From the IMG/VR virus record IMGVR_UViG_3300030060_006882, positions 10,703 through 74,702 of that record: a DNA stretch of 64,000 nucleotides. One strand, 5' to 3'. Below the pieces are notes generated by a model. The model was not told the DNA's origin and ran no database searches. It saw only the letters and a list, made by a program, of their open reading frames with translations. Origin of the DNA: a virus. Position numbers and translations under genes: made by a program. This document shows, one piece after another, positions 56,760 through 64,000 of this stretch (positions are counted from its first letter, which is position 1; each line of letters starts with the position of its first letter).

Positions 56760-58232
56760 TCAGAAGTTGGTTCCACCAAACTCTGCACCAGTCGAACCAC
56801 CAAGACCATGAAGGTTCTTGACACCGAAGATTCGGTAGTATTGGTTAGATGCAAAGCCCATGTCAGTAGAATCTGCGAATGGGTTTGCTACGATACCGTA
56901 TCGAGTCTTGAACCCGATCTTAGGCTGGAAGGTGTTAGGATCTACCGCACGTACCATTTGCAGCGGTACGTATGGGCAGTAGAAGAACCCAGCATCGTAT
57001 GGACTAGCACCTCTATAACCAACACAAGCATAGTCAGCAGTGCTGTTGGTTCCGGTGTTAGCGGTTGAGTATGGATCGACGTAGACCTTGAACTTACCGT
57101 TAAGGGTTCCGACGAAGGTGTTACCAGTATCGTCAACTTCTAATGCGTTGTTGAGTGCTGGTGAGATGTTGAGGAAGCCACCCATCGCAAGGGCAGAAGC
57201 AACGTCAGAAGTACAGATAACGAAGTTACCTTTTCCTCTACGTGTTTGCTTGGCGATGATGTTTGCTTCACGCTCGATTTGGAACATGAGTCCACGGAAG
57301 CGTTCTGCACTCCATCTACCATCCGAGTCTGCATAGAGGTCATATGTACCACTTGAACGACCGAAGATGTCAGATTGCTGACAACCAAGTTTAGCAACAT
57401 GGTAGACACTACGAACGATTTCGCGGTTGATCTCGGTAAGAATCTCAGTAGAGAGAATGTTAGCGAGTTCAGTCTCAGCATCAAGACCATGAACAGCCTT
57501 AAGGTCCTGAGCAAGCTCAGTGGTGTACTCTGCTTTGAGAGCTTTAGTCTTAGCTTCAACAGCAATTCGATCAATATCGAATGCCATATCACCAAAGGTA
57601 ACACCAGTTGCAGAACCGAGAGCTTCGGCAGTAGCAGTGCTCATACCACGGAAGTCGTATGAAGCAAGTGCTGCATTTTGAGCAGTTCCTGCAGTAGTAC
57701 CAGTAAGACCATGAACACTTCTAGTTCCTGATGAGAATGGTTCAACAGAATTAGTTGAATCAAGTACGTAACCTTGGTTGCTTGCAGCACCAAATTCCGC
57801 ACCATATCCTTCACGCGAACCAGCGAATGGCTGTGCTTCTTGGAAGAGTGCTTCTGCACCAGTCTGACTTTGATATTTACTTCTCATAGCAAAGATCAAG
57901 CCAGTAGGAGCAGTCATGGGCTGAACACCGCAGATGTCGTATGCCATAAGGTTTGGCATAGAACGACGAACAAGACTGATCAGAACGGGATCATAACCAG
58001 CAAGGTTACCAGCAGAACCAGTCTGTGGATCTGCAAAGGCGCCACCCATGCTATTGTCATGAGCCTGCTCGTTGATGTGTTGCTCTTTAAGAGCAGTCTG
58101 TTGGTTCTCAAGAAGAACTGCAGTTACTTTCTTTTTATGGTAATCGCCAATTGGCTCTAATGAACTATGTTCAAGAAGTGGGTTCCACTTCTCGACCAAA
58201 GAGTCATATGTGTTATTTTCTTCGTTTAACAT
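56760..58232 (-). CDS. 23: Major capsid protein (gp23)
   Basis: LLENQ, GVQPM..PTGLIFAMR, ELAQDLKAVHGLDAE and YCPYVPL motifs. Confidence 0.98.
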   Translation of the reverse strand: MLNEENNTYDSLVEKWNPLLEHSSLEPIGDYHKKKVTAVLLENQQTALKEQHINEQAHDNSMGGAFADPQTGSAGNLAGYDPVLISLVRRSMPNLMAYDICGVQPMTAPTGLIFAMRSKYQSQTGAEALFQEAQPFAGSREGYGAEFGAASNQGYVLDSTNSVEPFSSGTRSVHGLTGTTAGTAQNAALASYDFRGMSTATAEALGSATGVTFGDMAFDIDRIAVEAKTKALKAEYTTELAQDLKAVHGLDAETELANILSTEILTEINREIVRSVYHVAKLGCQQSDIFGRSSGTYDLYADSDGRWSAERFRGLMFQIEREANIIAKQTRRGKGNFVICTSDVASALAMGGFLNISPALNNALEVDDTGNTFVGTLNGKFKVYVDPYSTANTGTNSTADYACVGYRGASPYDAGFFYCPYVPLQMVRAVDPNTFQPKIGFKTRYGIVANPFADSTDMGFASNQYYRIFGVKNLHGLGGSTGAEFGGTNF

Positions 58233-58253
58233 TGAAATCTCCTTGTAAGACTA

Positions 58254-59294
58254 TTATTTGTCTCGGTTTCTATTTTGAAATCCTATTACTTTGCTATAAG
58301 CTGCGATTGTTGGATCAACAGCAATAGTTTGGTGTGCAGTTTCGTTTAGATCCTGCATTTTGTTTTCTGTGAGTGCAACTTCATCAGATTCAGGTTCAAC
58401 TGAACCCATAAATGACTCTTTGATAATGCGAAGTTTTCTTGCATATTCATCTACACTGTCATACTCGATAGTTTCTGCCAAGTGTGCAAACTTTTCGATC
58501 TCAGTGTCGGTAAGACCGTTTGAGCTTTCGATAAAGATGTTTGTAGCAGCACTTGCGTGAATATCTTTCTGAAGTTCGATATTCTTCTCAAGTTGTTGAT
58601 TGAGCTGCTCTTCCAATTCGTTCTTGGAATCGAGAAGCTCTTCCATTACCTGAACCTTTTCGTCTGGCATATCAATATAGTGAGTCTCAAAGAGATCCTT
58701 AAGACCAGTCATGAATGACTCAGCAATATCAGCTTTGATTCCTCTTTCAATTGCAAGAGTGTTTTCTTTAGTCCACTCTTCTACAACATAAGAAAGAAAC
58801 TCGTCTAATTTCTCAGAGAGTTCTTCTGAAATGGTTTCTACCTGATCATTAAGATTTTGATTGAATGTTTCTTGAAGAGCAGACTGAATGTGATTTACTC
58901 TATCAGCAAGAGCTGTAGAGAAGATGGTAGTCAATTTCTCTTTAAAATCTTCGGACAGTTCATCTTCACTAAAAAGAGAAGCCAAGTAATCTTCAATTGA
59001 AGTTTCTTCTGCTACTTCTTCTTTTTCTTCTTTTTTCTTCTTGGGTTTTTCAGAAACAACTGCATCAGATGGATTTGGTGTAATGGTAGCCAAGTTTCCT
59101 TCTGGTCCAGTAGAAATTGGTTTGTTGACCACAGCACCTTTGCCATCTGCATCGGCATAGAGAGCTGGATCTTCAAAGGCTGTTGGTTCTACGGTTACAG
59201 CAGCCTCTGTTGCTTCTTTGTATGTGTTCAGTCCATTTTCAATGGCTTCACTAATTTGTTCTTTAATGTCTTTTTTGTCTGTGTTACTCATCAA
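58254..59294 (-). CDS. 22: Prohead core scaffold (gp22)
   Basis: LSEDFK.K..TIF, YVVEEW..EN..AIE.GI and F..GLK.LF motifs. Confidence 0.92.
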   Translation of the reverse strand: MMSNTDKKDIKEQISEAIENGLNTYKEATEAAVTVEPTAFEDPALYADADGKGAVVNKPISTGPEGNLATITPNPSDAVVSEKPKKKKEEKEEVAEETSIEDYLASLFSEDELSEDFKEKLTTIFSTALADRVNHIQSALQETFNQNLNDQVETISEELSEKLDEFLSYVVEEWTKENTLAIERGIKADIAESFMTGLKDLFETHYIDMPDEKVQVMEELLDSKNELEEQLNQQLEKNIELQKDIHASAATNIFIESSNGLTDTEIEKFAHLAETIEYDSVDEYARKLRIIKESFMGSVEPESDEVALTENKMQDLNETAHQTIAVDPTIAAYSKVIGFQNRNRDK

Positions 59295-59319
59295 TGCTCT
59301 CCTTGATGCCTTATTGGAT

Positions 59320-59327
59320 TATTTATA
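59320..59327 (-). promoter_or_regulatory. Late promoter TATAAATA
   Basis: Exact consensus upstream of gp22. Confidence 0.8.
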
Positions 59328-59359
59328 AAAATTGGTTTTTCTATAAGAGGCTGCGTATA

Positions 59360-60007
59360 CTATAAGCTTCTTAAAAAGTCCTCGAAAAGATTACTAAATG
59401 TATCCTTCATTTTACGTGAAGGAGTAGTTTCTATTGTTTTTTGATAATCTGAAATTAGAGTTTCTTTGAGGATACCGTTATCCCATATCCACTCTTTTCC
59501 TTCCATTATCCCATCAACAAATGCATCGGGAGCGGATGGATCCGCAACAATGTCTACTGCAGCCAGAGAAAAATCAGGCTGAACTAAGTTTACACCGTTT
59601 TGTTCTTTCAAGGAACCCATGCCTCGGGTAGATACACCAAGTCTGGCACCTTCGTCCATAAGACTTTTAACTATTTTTCCCATAGGAGTATCCATAATTT
59701 TAGCTTTACCAGTAAAATTATTACCTTCTACAACCAAATCATTGATAATATGGGAAACTCTGTCTAAGTTAACAGTAGGACCTTTGGGGTGATTTAACTC
59801 CCCAAAGGCTCTTTTCTTGGAAACAAAATTTTCATTGTAGTTTTCTACCTTTGGACCTAAAACATCCATTGGGTATACTCTACCATTTCTGTTTTTCTGC
59901 TCGGCTTGCATGAAAACACCCGAGATAAAATAATTTTTCTTTCCGCTATCGGAAGATTCAATCAGGAGATCTACATCCTCATTCATCTCGGTAATAAGTT
60001 TCATCAA
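59360..60007 (-). CDS. 21: Prohead protease (gp21)
   Basis: NRNGRVY, GELNHP, GVSTRG.GS and DIVADPSAPDA motifs. Confidence 0.95.
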   Translation of the reverse strand: MMKLITEMNEDVDLLIESSDSGKKNYFISGVFMQAEQKNRNGRVYPMDVLGPKVENYNENFVSKKRAFGELNHPKGPTVNLDRVSHIINDLVVEGNNFTGKAKIMDTPMGKIVKSLMDEGARLGVSTRGMGSLKEQNGVNLVQPDFSLAAVDIVADPSAPDAFVDGIMEGKEWIWDNGILKETLISDYQKTIETTPSRKMKDTFSNLFEDFLRSL

Positions 60008-60561
60008 TAGCCCTCCGAACCAGAATTTTTAGCTCTCATGGCTTTACTAATAGCTTTACGACGGTTTTTTAAATACTTATCAGTTTTAGTATTTTTCTTT
60101 CCATCATTATCGATGTCTTCGTCTTCTTCTCCGACAGGATCAAGTTCTTCACTCATTTTTTTCTTTTTTTTACCACCATGTGAATGGTTCATTTCTGAAA
60201 CTACTTTCATATCAGAAACTTGAACTTGCTCTTCAATACCATGTTCAAACTCAACATCATACCATTCAACAAAACCATTTTCGTCAGGTTCTGCGTGCAT
60301 TTCGGTGATACATTTACCTTCTCCCCATTCTGGGTGTTCGACTACAGTAGCACAACCGTGCATTTTATCACTCTTGGCATACTCGGGCTTCATTTCTCCA
60401 CCCATTTCTTCTACATCATCTGTGATAATAGATGGAGCAATATCTTTATATGCTTCGGTTAGTTTTTCACCTAATTTAGCATACAGAGCGTCTTCTATTT
60501 CTTTTTTAGCACCAATTAGATTTTCATCTAACAGTTCTTTTACTATTTTCTGTGTATTCAT
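60004..60561 (-). CDS. Prohead core protein (gp67/68 position)
   Basis: Lies between portal and protease; LDPVG.ED.DIDNDG...DKYL..RRKAI motif; TATACATA at 60594-60601. Confidence 0.65.
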   Translation of the reverse strand: MNTQKIVKELLDENLIGAKKEIEDALYAKLGEKLTEAYKDIAPSIITDDVEEMGGEMKPEYAKSDKMHGCATVVEHPEWGEGKCITEMHAEPDENGFVEWYDVEFEHGIEEQVQVSDMKVVSEMNHSHGGKKKKKMSEELDPVGEEDEDIDNDGKKNTKTDKYLKNRRKAISKAMRAKNSGSEGY

Positions 60562-60609
60562 GAGTAGTCCTCTTTGTTAAGCTTGACAGTAAATATGTAT
60601 ATTATTTCA

Positions 60610-62175
60610 TTAGTTAGCAGGTTCTGCCTCTTCTTCTCCGGGAGGTAGTTGACCTTGCATTTGTTGCTGCATCTGCATCAGTTGCATTGCCTGTTGCTCT
60701 TCTGCATTCTGTGAATCTATACGTTTTATATCTTCCTCACTTTGCTTGAGAATATTCTTTCTAATGTATTCTGTGGAGAAATATTTTCCTAAGTATGGTT
60801 CTACTGATGCTACAACTGCTAATCTTTCCTTTAAGATTTCAGTATCTCTCAGCTCAGAAAAATATGAGTCTTCATTGAATTTATATGTTAAATTATCACC
60901 AATATCAGTCCAATCATTCTCGTTGATTATACCTTTTAGTAATAATTGCTTCTTCAATACATCAGTTAGAATACTAGAAAACTTAAATCGAAGTCTAGAA
61001 ATGAATTTATAGAACTTTGCTTCATCTCTTGTGATCTCTGCAGATCTACCCATATTGAAACCATTTTGAGTTTCTAGTCTAGAGATAGGTACATTTAATG
61101 CTCTGTATAATTTTCTTTGCAAATATTCTACATCTGACATTTCACCCAGATTCTGTCCACCAGAAAGCGTACTAATTTCTGTTCCTCGTCCACCTTCTCT
61201 TCTAGGCAACCAATAGTCCTCAAGCATGTGAAGATGATTTCTGTCATCTTTGACTTCACCGGTAGACTGGTTATATACCAGTTTGTTTCTGTACCTATTC
61301 ATAAGTTCTTTTAGGTACTGTTCGGCTTTTTGCTTGGGCAAATTGCCAACATCAATATAAAATATTCTTCTTTCAGGTGCTCTAGATATTCTGTAGATTA
61401 CAACAGCATCTTCTATCTGCCTGAGCATGTTTACAGGTCGAATTGCTTTTTGCAGATACCCAACAACTTTCTTGGTTGTTGAATCTACAATTCCACTGTG
61501 AACATATGCGATAGAATCTGGTTGTATCTTTACCCCAGTCGAACCTGTGTACTGATAACTATTTTTGTCATTATCAATATACATGAAAAATTCTTCAGTA
61601 TTAGTGACTAGAGGAACTGAAACATTTCCTTTTACAAATGGCTTCTTTTCTACCTTCCGTACTTTCTTTATTTTAAGAGGATCGATTGCTCTCGCTTCTT
61701 TAATTCCTGCTCTTGGATTTTCTTTATCCAGAACTAGATGAAAGTACAATCTACCATCAACGTACCAACGTCTAAAAATTTCATATCCTTTGTTTGAAAT
61801 ATCAAATAGTTTTAGAATGGTTTCATATTCTTTGTAAATTTTAGTTTTTATATTTTCCGAAAGATCTGTATTCTCTAGATCTAATTTTATGGGTTTTCTG
61901 TCTGTTCCCATTACGATAGAATCATTTACAATATCTTCTATCGCCAAATCTACTTCAGGAAATAATGAAAGACTTCTGTAAGTTTGAATGAATTGATTTT
62001 CATCTTGAACACCACCACTAAAATCAACATATGTGCCTAAAAACCCTCCAGTTTGAAGGGATTGTGCTCCATCATATTCGTCTGGTGTGACAAAAGATTC
62101 AGCACGAAGGTTTTCTTCAGTTTCTTCTTCTCTGGTTTTTCTTCCTATAGAAAAACCAAATAAATCAATAGCCAT
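60610..62175 (-). CDS. 20: Portal protein (gp20)
   Basis: WYVDGR, YRISRAPERRIFYIDVGNLP and EDYWLPRREGGRGTEI motifs. Confidence 0.97.
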   Translation of the reverse strand: MAIDLFGFSIGRKTREEETEENLRAESFVTPDEYDGAQSLQTGGFLGTYVDFSGGVQDENQFIQTYRSLSLFPEVDLAIEDIVNDSIVMGTDRKPIKLDLENTDLSENIKTKIYKEYETILKLFDISNKGYEIFRRWYVDGRLYFHLVLDKENPRAGIKEARAIDPLKIKKVRKVEKKPFVKGNVSVPLVTNTEEFFMYIDNDKNSYQYTGSTGVKIQPDSIAYVHSGIVDSTTKKVVGYLQKAIRPVNMLRQIEDAVVIYRISRAPERRIFYIDVGNLPKQKAEQYLKELMNRYRNKLVYNQSTGEVKDDRNHLHMLEDYWLPRREGGRGTEISTLSGGQNLGEMSDVEYLQRKLYRALNVPISRLETQNGFNMGRSAEITRDEAKFYKFISRLRFKFSSILTDVLKKQLLLKGIINENDWTDIGDNLTYKFNEDSYFSELRDTEILKERLAVVASVEPYLGKYFSTEYIRKNILKQSEEDIKRIDSQNAEEQQAMQLMQMQQQMQGQLPPGEEEAEPAN

Positions 62176-62193
62176 TATACTTTCTCCATTATA

Positions 62194-62709
62194 TCAATTT
62201 TCAACTGTAAAGAATTCATACTCAACCTGACACGTAAACTGCGACAATGTATCTATAGCTCCATATGCCAAATCAAATGAACCCACATTACTTGGCCAGC
62301 AGTTGTGTAGCATAATTTTCTTAATTTGCTTATCACCATTCAAATTATAGTGTGTTATTGACCAGTTTTGTGTGTCGTCTTCATATACAAACGGGGTTTT
62401 ATTAGTGGAGTGTTCGTTTATTCGCTCACTCCAGTTATGAAGCTCTTCCCACAAATTTCCATTTTCTGTTGTATCATATACAGTAAATCCCCAAGTAGCA
62501 TATCGCCTATCACCGGGTAGTTTCAAAACACGACCCCTAAAAGGAACACCGATAGGTGGTACATTGGAATCTGGTAGACTCAATGCGGAAACTTCAGCTT
62601 TCATTTCATAACCACTATTGGGAATTTTCATAGAAACTTCATAGCGATTAGGTCTAGTTCCCATACCTACAGCTTCTTTGAAATCAGATAGATTTAAGTT
62701 GAACGCCAT
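62194..62709 (-). CDS. 19: Tail tube protein (gp19)
   Basis: RPNRYEV, VPFRGR.LK.PGDR...W and WP..V motifs. Confidence 0.92.
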   Translation of the reverse strand: MAFNLNLSDFKEAVGMGTRPNRYEVSMKIPNSGYEMKAEVSALSLPDSNVPPIGVPFRGRVLKLPGDRRYATWGFTVYDTTENGNLWEELHNWSERINEHSTNKTPFVYEDDTQNWSITHYNLNGDKQIKKIMLHNCWPSNVGSFDLAYGAIDTLSQFTCQVEYEFFTVEN

Positions 62710-62728
62710 TTGTTACTCCTACTAGTTA

Positions 62729-62736
62729 TATTTATA
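62729..62736 (-). promoter_or_regulatory. Late promoter TATAAATA
   Basis: Overlaps the gp18 stop, upstream of gp19. Confidence 0.75.
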
Positions 62737-63337
62737 CTAACTCACCTTCGTTTGTATTTGTAAAGGTGATTTCTAAAGTTTCTATAGAGCGAGCAGGAGT
62801 CACAAATACACTAGCAACAAATTTTCCATCTGCAATTACAGATGGAGGATTGTTAGTTTCATCACATTTAATTACATAACTGGTTATGCCCCTCTGATTT
62901 CTTACCGTTTCTAAAACAGAAGTTGCTTGATTTATGAATGATTGTCTAACAGCATCTGTATTTTGTTCGAATAATGTTGTTCTTGCAATAGCACCAATAT
63001 TTTTCTTTAGGTATAAAAGTAAAGAAGAAACTTCAATTCTAGATAGAATATTAGTTGAATCTGCTCCGGTTTTATTTCCGAATAAAACCACACCCTCTCC
63101 AGGAAAACTTAAAACTGGATTTATTTTATTGTTGTAAAGGGCAGTTGCCTGAACTGCAGTTGGGGGATCTTTCAGTTTTACTACATTTTTAATTTGACCT
63201 CTAGTCATTCCGCCTGGAGAGAACCAAGGATGTGCAACTCTAAACGTTCTTGCTAAACACCCAATTACATCAGAAGTTAATCTGGTTTGAATATATTGAG
63301 AATCATTGGAAATTGATTCTGGATCAGTATGGAAAAG
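62732..63337 (-). CDS. 18: Tail sheath (gp18) C-terminal fragment, 5'-truncated
   Basis: DVIGCLART..PWFSPGG..RG.I.NVVKL, INPV..FPG.G and CDETNN motifs; in-frame stop at 63338-63340. Confidence 0.85.
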   Translation of the reverse strand, partial: LFHTDPESISNDSQYIQTRLTSDVIGCLARTFRVAHPWFSPGGMTRGQIKNVVKLKDPPTAVQATALYNNKINPVLSFPGEGVVLFGNKTGADSTNILSRIEVSSLLLYLKKNIGAIARTTLFEQNTDAVRQSFINQATSVLETVRNQRGITSYVIKCDETNNPPSVIADGKFVASVFVTPARSIETLEITFTNTNEGELV

Positions 63338-63861
63338 TTATTAACGGAACGTCACAGATTAGACTACAACAGGCAAACGGCAATCAAATTATTGGTACAA
63401 TAGCAACAACTACGCTTGATGACACAATATTGCTATACACTGTTGATGATGATACAATACCTAGTAACACTCTAACTGCTGTGAAAAAAATTATTAATCC
63501 GGCAACTTTCAACCCCGGCACCCCTTCGAACGGTGATAGATATCTAGTAATTAACGACGTGGGTGATTCTACTGCATCTTTCCAAAGTGCGACATGGGGT
63601 ACACTTGTAGCCAAAGTTGGAGATATTATAGAATATAATAGTTCAACAAGTAAATGGAACATAGCATTTGATGCCTCTGATCCGGATTCAACACAACACT
63701 ACGTAACCAATTTAAACACTGGTATACAGTACAGATTTAACGGCACAGAATGGGTAAAATCATACGAAGGTGTGTACAAACAAGGTGACTGGAGCATTGT
63801 GTTAGATGGTGGTTACCAGCAAACAGAAGACGCTGATGCCAACGACCCAACTACTCCTTGA
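63300..63861 (+). CDS. C-terminal fragment of an unrelated phage structural protein
   Basis: GDRYL...W..LVA..GDIIEY...W..FD...Y..NG..W..SYEG; no credible start. Confidence 0.55.
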
Positions 63862-63891
63862 TAATTAGGCAATTTGCTGTTATAATATAGC

Positions 63892-64000
63892 ATGAAAGAT
63901 AACATAGTTTGTTCGGGTGCATTGTTTTATTCAACAAGCACAAAAAGATTTTTATTTTTACAAAGGACAGATAAAAAAACAGCTGGTGCATGGGGACTTG
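63892..64000 (+). CDS. NUDIX hydrolase N-terminus (partial)
   Basis: MKDNIVCSGALFYSTSTKRFLFLQR...WGL, the region that precedes a Nudix box. Confidence 0.55.
   Translation, partial: MKDNIVCSGALFYSTSTKRFLFLQRTDKKTAGAWGL

Noticed and set aside
56808-58160. Several alternative-frame and antisense ORFs within gp23
   Set aside because: Expected from strong codon bias in a highly expressed gene; no start signals
1-64000. tRNA genes or an alternative genetic code
   Set aside because: No cloverleaf seen in the short intergenic gaps; core genes translate full length in the standard code

Overview
A 64-kb segment of a large, AT-rich T4-like myovirus, coded mostly on the minus strand. It carries a recognisable T4 core: a gp18 fragment, gp19-gp23, gp3, uvsY/uvsW, gp55, gp47/46, gp45/44/62, regA, gp43, uvsX, gp41, gp61, thyX, dUTPase and a class II RNR. 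Accessory content includes a ~17.8-kb, 23-gene glycosylation island (NeuB/NeuA, a eukaryote-type GT29 sialyltransferase, GT10/GT11 and others) beside collagen and tail-fibre genes. Also present are an OprO/P-type porin, a degenerate SET-domain gene, a GroES-like gene, a DNA methylase next to a PLP enzyme, and a putative lysis cassette. The most striking unexplained signal is non-coding. A structured minus-strand element at ~7660-7747 displays in its loop about 20 nt complementary to the 3' end of 16S rRNA. A second short unit at ~8772-8846, bounded by a promoter and a hairpin, carries the exact 12-nt complement of that loop, so it mimics the 16S tail. Together they suggest a ribosome-binding RNA with an RNA antidote. 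At ~63.3 kb the tail sheath gene is abruptly cut and unrelated plus-strand phage genes begin, probably a chimeric junction. All assignments come from motif recognition; no searches were run.
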